From the NCBI GenBank assembly GCA_963695855.1, contig CAVOHZ010000010.1:800001-864000 (forward strand): a stretch of 64,000 nucleotides of DNA, written 5' to 3'. Under the pieces are notes generated by a model that saw only the letters and a program-made list of their open reading frames with translations, was not told the DNA's origin and did not search any database. The translations under genes and the position numbers were made by a program. Below, piece after piece: positions 21,625 through 31,052 of the stretch. The DNA is from an uncultured Nitrososphaerales archaeon (GTDB lineage Archaea; Thermoproteota; Nitrososphaeria; Nitrososphaerales; Nitrososphaeraceae). Numbering within the stretch: position 1 is the stretch's first letter; every line of letters starts with the position of its first letter.

Positions 21625-22596
21625 TCATTCCTGTGTTTCGTGTATTTTTTCGATATGTTCTAATCCTGGTAAAGCCTTTATTTCTTTACATCTTTTTCTC
21701 AATGAAACTGTAGAAATGTCAGCTACTTGACATATCTCAACTTGTCTAATGAATTCGTCACATATTTGAGATGCCAAATATATCACTGCGCCTGCAATTG
21801 CTCTTGGGTTTTTTCCTATCGATATTCCCCTTTGTTCTACATGACCAAAGATTTGTAATGCTTCCCTTTTGGTTTTCTCACTAAGTTTTAGTCTATTAGA
21901 TATTATTGTAACATAATCTGGACCTTTCGTTGCAGGAATATTAAGATCTAATTCATTTAAAATCAATTTATAATGAGACATCAATTCCTTGCTGGTTATG
22001 TTACAAATTTCAGATACATCGAGAATAGTTTTTGGCGTTGAAGCTTCTCTACATGCCGCATACAATGAAGCTCCGACTAATCCAATTGTCGATCGCCCTT
22101 TTGCCAATTTTTTCACAGCTGCTTTTCTATATATGTATGCAGCGCTTTCAATAACCGCTTGATTAAGACATAATTTATCACCAAAGTTATTCAGATATTT
22201 TAGAGCTTTTTCTAGATTTCTTGATACAGAATCACTTAATTGAGATCTGCTGTTCCATGTACGGAGTCTCTGAATCTCCATTCTTTGTTTTGGTTGTAAT
22301 ACTTTGCCTCTTGCGTCAGTGTCACCCATTCCTATCAAAGTTGACAATCCTTTATGATGAACTGCTAATGATTCTGGCATTCCGGTTCTGAACCTGTCAT
22401 TAAAATCTGATTGCATAATATAGCCCTGAATAGTTTCATTGTTTAGAGAATCATTACTTAAAACATAACCACAAGATGAACAAACAAATTCGTTTGCAGA
22501 ATTATCAAAGATAATGGCATCTTTCTGACAATTTTCACAATATGCCGGATTATTTGGATTTGGCTTCGTAGGTTCCTCTTGCTTCTTGTATTCCAC
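21625..22596 (-). CDS. tfb: Transcription initiation factor IIB paralog
   Basis: CENC/CSSCG zinc ribbon, RTG.P, GLST.I, RLRTW, two cyclin repeats (KGRS, GKNP). Confidence 0.93.
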   Translation of the reverse strand: MEYKKQEEPTKPNPNNPAYCENCQKDAIIFDNSANEFVCSSCGYVLSNDSLNNETIQGYIMQSDFNDRFRTGMPESLAVHHKGLSTLIGMGDTDARGKVLQPKQRMEIQRLRTWNSRSQLSDSVSRNLEKALKYLNNFGDKLCLNQAVIESAAYIYRKAAVKKLAKGRSTIGLVGASLYAACREASTPKTILDVSEICNITSKELMSHYKLILNELDLNIPATKGPDYVTIISNRLKLSEKTKREALQIFGHVEQRGISIGKNPRAIAGAVIYLASQICDEFIRQVEICQVADISTVSLRKRCKEIKALPGLEHIEKIHETQE

Positions 22597-22921
22597 TAAG
22601 TTTTTATAGTATGCAATTATTTTATTTATACGTTTTCTAGAAATTCGATAAACAACGAATGTTACTAACTATATTAAGAAATGTCTTGATAATATAGATT
22701 TAAGTAATAATCTCTAATGAATATATATTATATTTTAAAGAAATCTAACTTTTATTAATAATAATGTAGGCGTTTTATTTTATTTATGAATAATGCTAAT
22801 TTTTGTTATGTATTTTTTTTATATAACAACGATCAATTAATTTTCTTCCCAGCTACCCTCGTATTCCAACACAACGTTAATCAAACCCTGTATCCATGAA
22901 TCATTTTGAAAGAACGTTTTT

Positions 22922-22995
22922 GCCTTGATAGCTCAGCCTGGTAGAGCGTTTCCTTGGTAAGGAAAAGGTCGCGGGATCGAATCCCGCTCAGGGCT
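22922..22995 (+). tRNA. tRNA-Thr(GGT)
   Basis: Acceptor GCCTTGA/TCAGGGC, D arm GCTC/GAGC, anticodon arm TTTCC-TTGGTAA-GGAAA, T arm GCGGG-ATCGAAT-CCCGC; no intron, CCA not encoded. Confidence 0.96.
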
Positions 22996-23119
22996 GTAAT
23001 ACCTTCAGATACTATTAGAAAAAAAATGAATTAATGGAAGGGTTAACTAGTGTAAAGTATCTTTAATTTTTGCAAATACTAATCCTCAAAATAAGAAATT
23101 ATATTATCTTTTATTATTT

Positions 23120-23803
23120 CTAATTAAATCTTGTTTCCATCTTATTAAACTCTTCTTCAGTTAGTACTCCTTCTTCCTTCAGGTTTGCAAGTTTCTGTAA
23201 TTCATCTGCAATGGAGACCGATTGATTGAGTGCAGTTACATCTTCTTTATGATCCTCACCTTCAGGAGATTTTTGCTTTTTTGAAGGGGCTATTCTTCGG
23301 CTATCTTTCATACCTGAACGAATTATTTCCAACAAATTTTCTGCCTTGTCTTTTGGAATAGCTTCGATTATACCTGATTGATCATCTTCACCTTCAATAA
23401 AGCCATCCATCATTCCTAATTTGGTTGAGCTCATTAATCCAACAGCTTTAAACCTTATTGTAGATGATAGCAATCCTTTTTCAAGCTTTAAACTTGTAAT
23501 TATATCGTAAGTGATATCAACTACATCTGTCTTTATCCCAAGCATATGTGGGTTCCGGATTATGATTCTTCTGTCTGTTGCAAAGATGGTATTGGGTGTA
23601 AAATAAGAGCCTCCTGGCTTTATTTTTGACTGTCTTGCAACAAGTAAGACTTTTTCGTCTGGATTTAACATCCCCCTTATTTTATTGACTTCTAAATCAT
23701 TCTCATTTATAATTGGTTTTTTGATATATTGAGAATATTTTTTATCTTCTTCTTTGTTGCTGCCGGACCCAGAAGGCATATTATAAAATATCTCTGAGGA
23801 CAT
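23120..23803 (-). CDS. Bacterial-type PH domain protein with C-terminal SHOCT domain
   Basis: LNPDEKVLLVARQ..IFATDRRIII (bPH) and SIADELQKLANLKEEGVLTEEEF (SHOCT). Confidence 0.85.
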   Translation of the reverse strand: MSSEIFYNMPSGSGSNKEEDKKYSQYIKKPIINENDLEVNKIRGMLNPDEKVLLVARQSKIKPGGSYFTPNTIFATDRRIIIRNPHMLGIKTDVVDITYDIITSLKLEKGLLSSTIRFKAVGLMSSTKLGMMDGFIEGEDDQSGIIEAIPKDKAENLLEIIRSGMKDSRRIAPSKKQKSPEGEDHKEDVTALNQSVSIADELQKLANLKEEGVLTEEEFNKMETRFN

Positions 23804-24180
23804 ATTATTTAAAAATTAGTTGTAATAATTCCCAATTTGTGTAACTATATCTCAATTAAATTATAGAATTCAAACGGTCAATTTGCTTCTGAATATCTCA
23901 CTGTTCCTGATACATGTAAAATCATTCAATCTTTTATGGTAGATGAAACCCATATTCCAGAGGGAACCTCATTTACCATATATGTTATCCGCTGTTATGA
24001 CACTGTTTCTGATGCAGTAGGGATTCATTTCTTCGTTTTTAATGGATATTCAAAAAAATATACTATTTTCTATTATAGAACAAAATAGATTTTGAAAATT
24101 TTGAAAATGTTCTTCATGTTGCATACTACTACCCGCAATAATAACATGAGTGGCAGAAGATTTATAATAAATATTTTTAG

Positions 24181-24679
24181 TTAATTTGTTGCTTCTTCTA
24201 CTTGTTCCTGAATTCCTTGTGCAGGTTCTGCAGAGGTATTATTATGTTTCTCTCTTTCATTTACAATATCTAACATCGCTTGTCTGCCTCTCTCTTTTTT
24301 TGATTTATAGTATTCTTCGGTTTCATCAACCCTCATGTTAACAATATCCACGAAGCGGACACTATCATGTTCAAATTGATGTATTATATGCGTTAATTCC
24401 TCGATGGTTGGACGTGGCTCTGTATATAAAAAATCGAGTACAGATATCAGTATTTACGAGATATCTATTTCCAAACATTTCAGCTATCTTAATCATTCCA
24501 TCCAGTCTGCGTACACGATAACGAAGGGCTTTTTCATGCCTTGACATTCTAGTAGAATCCCATTTTGGATGTTTGCATTTTGAACAGCGTCTGGGCCTGG
24601 GTTTCTCCCTACGGCTTATCCACTTGTAACCGCATCTCTCACATTCGTATTCTACTGCTTCTATTATTCTTTGAGGCAT
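24181..24679 (-). pseudogene. Zn-ribbon protein (~165 aa when repaired), copy 1, +1 frameshift
   Basis: CERC..W..R..P..CSKC..W; one extra A in the run at ~24428-24433 relative to copy 2; repaired frame runs to TAA at 24181. Confidence 0.7.
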
Positions 24680-24695
24680 TTAGCTACTGACTAAA

Positions 24696-24732
24696 CTTTA
24701 CTAATGGTAAAGTATCTTTACTAATAGTAAAG
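24696..24732. promoter_or_regulatory. Two tandem 17-bp palindromes CTTTAC-TAATR-GTAAAG (putative operators)
   Basis: 24696-24712 and 24716-24732, 20-bp period, 17-53 bp upstream of the Zn-ribbon ATG. Confidence 0.6.
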
Positions 24733-24751
24733 TTTGAAGAAAGGCCATACT

Positions 24752-24898
24752 TCATTTCTGTGGTTGTTGTTTGCCTTTATTATCATAGAAGTTTAGCAAC
24801 GTTTCGATAACATCCTCATAAGCCTTCCCAATGCACCCATATTTTGAAAGTCTAACTAGTGTTTCAGATTTTAATCGAACTATAATAGGAAAGTGAGC
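24752..24898 (-). pseudogene. RHH-like gene, copy 1, lacking start codon and promoter
   Basis: Matches 36615-36761 but lacks the first three codons. Confidence 0.65.
24868..24897 (+). repeat. Solitary CRISPR-like repeat ATTTTAATCGAACTATAATAGGAAAGTGAG
   Basis: 29/30 identical to 36731-36760. Confidence 0.55.
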
Positions 24899-24899
24899 G

Positions 24900-24978
24900 A
24901 GAAAAATAAAAAATATAATATTATTTAATATACCTAAAAAATGGTAATTAACTTAATCTCAAACGGTAGCACTTATTC
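24900..24978. repeat. ~80-bp imperfect direct repeat of the sequence following attR (41505-41582)
   Basis: AGAAAA.TAAAAAATATAATATTAT..ATATACCTAAAAATGGTAATTA.CTTAATCTCAAAC..TTATTC shared. Confidence 0.85.
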
Positions 24979-25144
24979 TACTCATCTTTGTCCTTAGGAT
25001 TTTAGCAAATATATTTCCACCAGGTAATTTTTTATAAAATACTTCCAAATCTACCTTAACTTACTAATCTATTTCAAAATAAAAATGAACTAGAAAACTT
25101 AATTAACTAACTTGTCTAATGCCATACGAGTCAGTTAATTCCAG

Positions 25145-28100
25145 ATGTATTTCAATATCAATGGAAATAAAATTAAGAAAATGATGTTATTACTTACTTT
25201 CTTTACATTCCTTTCAATTTCAGTAATTACATTATTTATAATGATAACAATAACATCTAGTCTCTTTGTATATGCAGTAGAAGAGAATAATGTGTTAGAA
25301 GATAAAAAAGGTATACAAAACAACATCGATAATAACAATATCAATACTATTACCAATAACAAAACAAAAGAAATTGAGAAACTGCTTGATACTGCGATAG
25401 AATACTTTCGTTCTTATGATAACAACAAAGCCATAACATATCTCGACAGGGTACTGGCTATAGATGGAAGCAATACAGATGCGCTATTAAACAAAGGACT
25501 AGTACTTTTCTACCTTGGAAAACCACAACAGGCAATAACCTACTTTGACAAGGTGCTTGTTATAGATGGAAACTATACAAGTGCGCTATACAACAAAGGA
25601 CTAGCAATCTCAGAGCTTGGAAACCCAAAGGAGGCAATAACCTACTATGACAAGGTACTGGCTATAGATGGAAACTATACAAAAGCACTAAACAATAAAG
25701 GAGTAGCACTTTCTGACCTTGGAAAACCACAACAGGCAATAACCTACTATGACAAGGTGCTTGTTATAGATGGAAACTATACAGATGCGCTATACAACAA
25801 AGCAGTAGCACTTTCTGACCTTGGAAAACCACAACAGGCAATAACCTACTATGACAAGGTGCTTGTTATAGATGGAAACTATACAGATGCGCTATACAAC
25901 AAAGGAGTAGCACTTTCTGACCTTGGAAAACCACAACAGGCAATAACCTACTATGACAAGGTGCTTGTTATAGATGGAAACTATACAGATGCGCTATACA
26001 ACAAAGCAGTAGCACTTTCTGACCTTGGAAAACCACAACAGGCAATAACCTACTATGACAAGGTGCTTGTTATAGATGGAAACTATACAAGTGCGCTATA
26101 CAACAAAGGACTAGCAATCTCAGAGCTTGGAAACCCAAAGGAGGCAATAACCTACTATGACAAGGTACTGGCTATAGATGGAAACTATACAAAAGCACTA
26201 AACAATAAAGGAGTAGCACTTTCTGACCTTGGAAAACCACAACAGGCAATAACCTACTATGACAAGGTGCTTGTTATAGATGGAAACTATACAGATGCGC
26301 TATACAACAAAGCAGTAGCACTTTCTGACCTTGGAAAACCACAACAGGCAATAACCTACTATGACAAGGTGCTTGCTATAGATGGAAACTATACAGATGC
26401 GCTATACAACAAAGGAGTAGCACTTTCTGACCTTGGAAAACCACAACAGGCAATAACCTACTATGACAAGGTGCTTGTTATAGATGGAAACTATACAGAT
26501 GCGCTATACAACAAAGCAGTAGCACTTTCTGACCTTGGAAACCCAAAGGAGGCAATAACCTACTTTGACAAGGTACTTGCTATAGATGGAAACGATACAG
26601 ATGCGCTATACAACAAAGGGAGTATATTCTATGTCCTTGGACAATACCAAGAGGCAATAACCTACTTTGACAAGGTACTGGCTATTGATGGAAACTATAC
26701 AAAAGCACTAAACAATAAAGGAGTAGTACTTTCTGACCTTGGAAAACCACAACAGGCAATAACCTACTATGACAAGGTGCTTGTTATAGATGGAAACTAT
26801 ACAAAAGCACTAAACAATAAAGGAGTAGCACTTTCTGACCTTGGAAACCCAAAGGAGGCAATAACCTACTTTGACAAGGTACTTGCTATAGATGGAAACG
26901 ATACAGATGCGCTATACAACAAAGGGAGTATATTCTATGTCCTTGGACAATACCAAGAGGCAATAACCTACTTTGACAAGGTACTGGCTATTGATGGAAA
27001 CTATACAAAAGCACTAAACAATAAAGGAGTAGTACTTTCTGACCTTGGAAAACCACAACAGGCAATAACCTACTATGACAAGGTGCTTGTTATAGATGGA
27101 AACTATACAAAAGCACTAAACAATAAAGGACTAGCACTTTCTGACCTTGGACAATACAAGGAGGCGATAGAGTACTATGACAGGGCATTGGCTATTGATG
27201 GAAACGATAAAACGCTACTAAGCAACAAAGGATTTGCACTCTACCATCTTGGAAAATACGAGGAGGCATTAACATATTTTGATAGGGCATTGGTTATAGA
27301 TGCAAACAACACCTATGTACTAAGCAACAAAGGACAGATACTTTCAGACCTTGGAAAACCACAGGAGGCATTAACATATTTTGATAGGGCACTTGCTATA
27401 GACAAGAACTTTACATTGGCGCTAAACAACAAAGGATTTGCACTCTACCATCTTGGAAAATACGAGGAGGCATTAACATATTTTGATAGGGCATTGGTTA
27501 TAGATGCAAACAACACCTATGTACTAAGCAACAAAGGACAGATACTTTCAGACCTTGGAAAACCACAGGAGGCATTAACATATTTTGATAGGGCACTTGC
27601 TATAGACAAGAACTTTACATTGGCGCTAAACAACAAAGGATTTGCACTCTACCATCTTGGAAAATACGAGGAGGCATTAACATATTTTGATAGGGCATTG
27701 GTTATAGATGCAAACAACACCTATGTACTAAGCAACAAAGGACAGATACTTTCAGACCTTGGAAAACCACAGGAGGCATTAACATATTTTGATAGGGCAC
27801 TGGCTATTTATGCAAACAACACCTATGTACTAAACAACAAAGCACTTGCACTCTACTCCCTTGGAAAATACGAGGAGTCAATTGTCTCCCTAGATAAAGC
27901 ACTAGTTATTTCTCCAAATGATCTTGTAATAATATCTAACAAAGGACTATTATTGGTTGAACTCGAGGATACCGATCAGGCACTTAAACTGGTTGACTCA
28001 ATTTTAGAAGAAAATCCAGATGATAAACGTCTATTATGTGTGTTTAAAAAAGCATATGAAAAGTCAGGTAATGAAGAATCTGCTGAATATTATGAAGAAA

Positions 28101-28177
28101 AAATTAATGCGCTAGATCCTTCCTATGAATGTAAATTGATAGAAACTCTTGGTAGTGAAAAAGAAGCATTTAACTGA
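25145..28177 (+). CDS. Secreted TPR-repeat protein (~25 TPRs, near-identical 102-bp units)
   Basis: Hydrophobic N-terminus ending VYA; 34-aa repeats ALYNKGVALSDLGKPQQAITYYDKVLVIDGNYTD. Confidence 0.92.
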   Translation: MYFNINGNKIKKMMLLLTFFTFLSISVITLFIMITITSSLFVYAVEENNVLEDKKGIQNNIDNNNINTITNNKTKEIEKLLDTAIEYFRSYDNNKAITYLDRVLAIDGSNTDALLNKGLVLFYLGKPQQAITYFDKVLVIDGNYTSALYNKGLAISELGNPKEAITYYDKVLAIDGNYTKALNNKGVALSDLGKPQQAITYYDKVLVIDGNYTDALYNKAVALSDLGKPQQAITYYDKVLVIDGNYTDALYNKGVALSDLGKPQQAITYYDKVLVIDGNYTDALYNKAVALSDLGKPQQAITYYDKVLVIDGNYTSALYNKGLAISELGNPKEAITYYDKVLAIDGNYTKALNNKGVALSDLGKPQQAITYYDKVLVIDGNYTDALYNKAVALSDLGKPQQAITYYDKVLAIDGNYTDALYNKGVALSDLGKPQQAITYYDKVLVIDGNYTDALYNKAVALSDLGNPKEAITYFDKVLAIDGNDTDALYNKGSIFYVLGQYQEAITYFDKVLAIDGNYTKALNNKGVVLSDLGKPQQAITYYDKVLVIDGNYTKALNNKGVALSDLGNPKEAITYFDKVLAIDGNDTDALYNKGSIFYVLGQYQEAITYFDKVLAIDGNYTKALNNKGVVLSDLGKPQQAITYYDKVLVIDGNYTKALNNKGLALSDLGQYKEAIEYYDRALAIDGNDKTLLSNKGFALYHLGKYEEALTYFDRALVIDANNTYVLSNKGQILSDLGKPQEALTYFDRALAIDKNFTLALNNKGFALYHLGKYEEALTYFDRALVIDANNTYVLSNKGQILSDLGKPQEALTYFDRALAIDKNFTLALNNKGFALYHLGKYEEALTYFDRALVIDANNTYVLSNKGQILSDLGKPQEALTYFDRALAIYANNTYVLNNKALALYSLGKYEESIVSLDKALVISPNDLVIISNKGLLLVELEDTDQALKLVDSILEENPDDKRLLCVFKKAYEKSGNEESAEYYEEKINALDPSYECKLIETLGSEKEAFN

Positions 28178-28255
28178 ATAAATATCATCCTAAGTTTGTA
28201 AAAATAAAAGTAAACTTATTTAAAAAGCAAAATTACTATTAGGTTAAGCGGTTCT

Positions 28256-29515
28256 TTGGTAAAATTACAAAATGTTTTGTATCTGGTCTTATTTTTAATA
28301 ATTCCCTTTATTACTTTTTTCCAAGATGATGATGCTATCGCTTTTTCTCCTACATATGAAAGACAGGAAATCATAGATCTTAATGATGATTGGAAATTTT
28401 GGTCTTTTGATAAGGATATTAAAACAGAGACAATATATGGAAAAAACAATGAACGAATACAGATTCCCGTTGGAAATGAAGATACTTGTAAACTCGAAAT
28501 AGGAAATCCCCCCGAAATCAGATCTGTTAGTTACATGAGTAATGGTGAGAGGTTAGATTCAACCATCTGGTTATCATCAAAACTTAATGAAATAGACCTG
28601 GTTGAAAATAAAATAGACATAGAAAATTACGAAAAAGATGCATTCAAGCCTTTATGGAAAAAAGTAAAATATACTGTTGCTATAGACATTAATTCTGTAT
28701 TTAATCAGGGAACAGATTACAGGATAGAATTTTTATATGATAAGATAAATTCTACTGTTCCAAAATGGACACAAGTTATTTATGAACTCTCTGCTTTCGG
28801 AGGAGAAAAAATAATTTCAACAAAAGTATATGATAAATTTCCATATATCAATAAAAATTTTATCGAGTTTTCAATTGATTTAAACAAAATTAGTAATCCA
28901 ACCAATTACAAACTATTGTTCTATGTTACAAATAACTATGTCAAAAATGGTACATATTGTAGAACTATAGATTATACAAATTGGGTTTTGTCTCCTCCAC
29001 CAAATTTCAATTTAGTCGTTTTTGACAATCCCATTTCAATGAATCCTGGTGAAGAGAAGGATGTCCTTGTAAACGTAGTTGGTAAAACTGGATTACAAGC
29101 AGAAGCAGAACTAACAATAAACAAAACTGATCCTGATGTTAGCCTAAATTTTCTTTCAAAAAACGTTACAATAACTTCGATAAACAATGGTAGTTCTCTT
29201 TTGCATATCAATGTGTCCAAGTCAAAATTTTTTGAAAAACCTAAACAAATAGTATTTCCAATATTAGCAAATATTTCATTTACACCTACCATAAAAGAAC
29301 AGGGCAGTGATATATTTTATAATAATAAAACTACTTTTTTAACTGAAACGATTGATTTAACGCTAAACATAGAAAGATCCCTCACATTTTTTGAAGAAGT
29401 AGAGGAAAAAATCAGTTTTCTCAGACCAATAGAGGAAACATGGGGTATATTAGCACTGATAGGTGCCGCGCTTTTATCTTTGATATATTTAATAAAGAAA
29501 AAAAAGAAAAAGTAG
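28256..29515 (+). CDS. Surface protein with signal peptide and C-terminal TM anchor
   Basis: N-terminal hydrophobic segment, beta-rich body, WGILALIGAALLSLIYLIKKKKKK tail. Confidence 0.7.
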   Translation: MVKLQNVLYLVLFLIIPFITFFQDDDAIAFSPTYERQEIIDLNDDWKFWSFDKDIKTETIYGKNNERIQIPVGNEDTCKLEIGNPPEIRSVSYMSNGERLDSTIWLSSKLNEIDLVENKIDIENYEKDAFKPLWKKVKYTVAIDINSVFNQGTDYRIEFLYDKINSTVPKWTQVIYELSAFGGEKIISTKVYDKFPYINKNFIEFSIDLNKISNPTNYKLLFYVTNNYVKNGTYCRTIDYTNWVLSPPPNFNLVVFDNPISMNPGEEKDVLVNVVGKTGLQAEAELTINKTDPDVSLNFLSKNVTITSINNGSSLLHINVSKSKFFEKPKQIVFPILANISFTPTIKEQGSDIFYNNKTTFLTETIDLTLNIERSLTFFEEVEEKISFLRPIEETWGILALIGAALLSLIYLIKKKKKK

Positions 29516-29768
29516 AAACAATTTAAGACTTGAGTCCCATCAAAAATAATGTAAGATAGAAAAAGACTTTCATAATTCAGTGACATGTTAATATTTTGAT
29601 GTTTTAGAATTATAGAGATTATCTAATAAGATCTCGAGTATAATAGATTTATAAGATAATTAAGTCATATAAAAACCCGCACAACAAATATGTTATATCA
29701 TAAAAACTAAGTTAAAATATATTGTATTTTCGAATTGTCTAATAACATCTACGTCAGTTTAGTTCGAT

Positions 29769-30200
29769 ATGTATTTCAATAGTAATAGATATGAAATTAA
29801 TAACAAGTTGTTATTTTTTCGTTTTTTACATTCTTTCCAATTTCATTAATTACACTTACAGTAATACTGATGACATCCAGTCCCTTTGTTTATGCACAAG
29901 AAGAGAATAACATCTTAGATAAAAAAAGGTATACAAAACATCATCGATAACAATACTAATAACAATACAAATCTCTATAACAAAACACTAGAAATTAACA
30001 AATTGCGTGATATTGCTAAAGAATATTACATTTCTGGTGATTATCCAAAAACACTAACTTACTATGAAAGAGTACTTGCTATAGATGCAAGTGATACAGG
30101 TGCACTAAACGACAAAGGAAATGCACTCTATGCCCTTGGAAACCCAAAGGAGGAATTTGAAGATTACTGGTTATATCTGTGTCATACCTCCGTCAACTGA
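29769..30200 (+). pseudogene. Frameshifted, truncated paralog of the TPR protein
   Basis: MYFN start, TSSPFVYAQEENNIL, and one TPR (YYERVLAIDASDTGALNDKGNALYALGNPKE) match the 25145 gene; several frameshifts. Confidence 0.8.
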
Positions 30201-30345
30201 CAGGTCTATACCAGTGATATAGCTGCTTTCGTCAGATGCAAGGAATGACACTACTTTTGCTACTTCAACAGGACTGCCCATCCTCCCCATTGGCACTGCG
30301 GTTATTATATTCTTCTTGAATTGCTCGACTTGCACCATTGAGTTA
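30171..30345 (-). pseudogene. C-terminal fragment of a short-chain dehydrogenase/reductase
   Basis: [37 protein letters not shown]; Rossmann N-terminus absent. Confidence 0.85.
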
Positions 30346-30723
30346 CCGCTACTCCAAAAGGGTTTTTTCTGGGAAGCCTTGCTGTCTTTTAGTAGGAGAA
30401 AAATTACTCTTGGTATAGATTGATACATAAACATAATGACTGTTATCTTTAAAAGTCTCAATTTTCTATCCGATAAACTCTTTCTTGTAATTTATATGAT
30501 AACTTAATTACACAAATAAATATACTGGGATTTTAACTGGTTCTACTATTGAATGTCAATGATATTTATAAAAATGATGTGAATAGATATTTATAAAAAC
30601 ATTCTTTATTTCTAAATGAGAATATTCTTTTATTTGCTTGCTTGAGATTGATATATTTTTCTAATGACTTATTATTATCACAGGACGAGAACTTAAATAG
30701 AATGGAATTATATAATCTTTACA

Positions 30724-30906
30724 ATGTTATCTGTTTCATGTAAAGATGTTGGAGTGGACTGTGATTTTAGGGGAACTGGCGAAACAGAAGAAGAATTAAT
30801 GAATAGTTTGGTTGATCATGTAATTAAGGACCATGACTACACTCGTGAACATGTGATGAATCCTGAAATACAGGAAAAGATAAAAACCAAAATTAAACAA
30901 TCTTAA
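30724..30906 (+). CDS. DUF1059 small metal-binding protein
   Basis: CKDVGVDCDF..GETEEELM..H..DH. Confidence 0.88.
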   Translation: MLSVSCKDVGVDCDFRGTGETEEELMNSLVDHVIKDHDYTREHVMNPEIQEKIKTKIKQS

Positions 30907-31052
30907 AAATATCGGACTATGCTGTCAAAAGTTAATTTTCAATTACTAAACCACTCTTTATTTATTTTTTAGGATTCTTTCATGCTATCTGTTTTTTTAG
31001 TTGTTGATCCTGAAGTTAATTTGATCAATATCATTGGTTTAAAAGAGAATAA

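Larger units (their letters stand above)
24240..24898. repeat. ~660-bp direct duplication, copy 1 (copy 2 at 36101-36761)
   Basis: Near-identical by direct comparison, with a few substitutions and three small indels. Confidence 0.95.

Noticed and set aside
22996-23120. Integrase catalytic fragment immediately after the tRNA
   Set aside because: Frames close within a few codons and no tyrosine-recombinase motifs are recognisable.
25400-27900. TPR repeats as a diversity-generating retroelement (TR/VR) or CRISPR array
   Set aside because: No reverse transcriptase in the window; units are in-frame 102-bp coding repeats with no unique spacers, and differences come in whole-block duplications.
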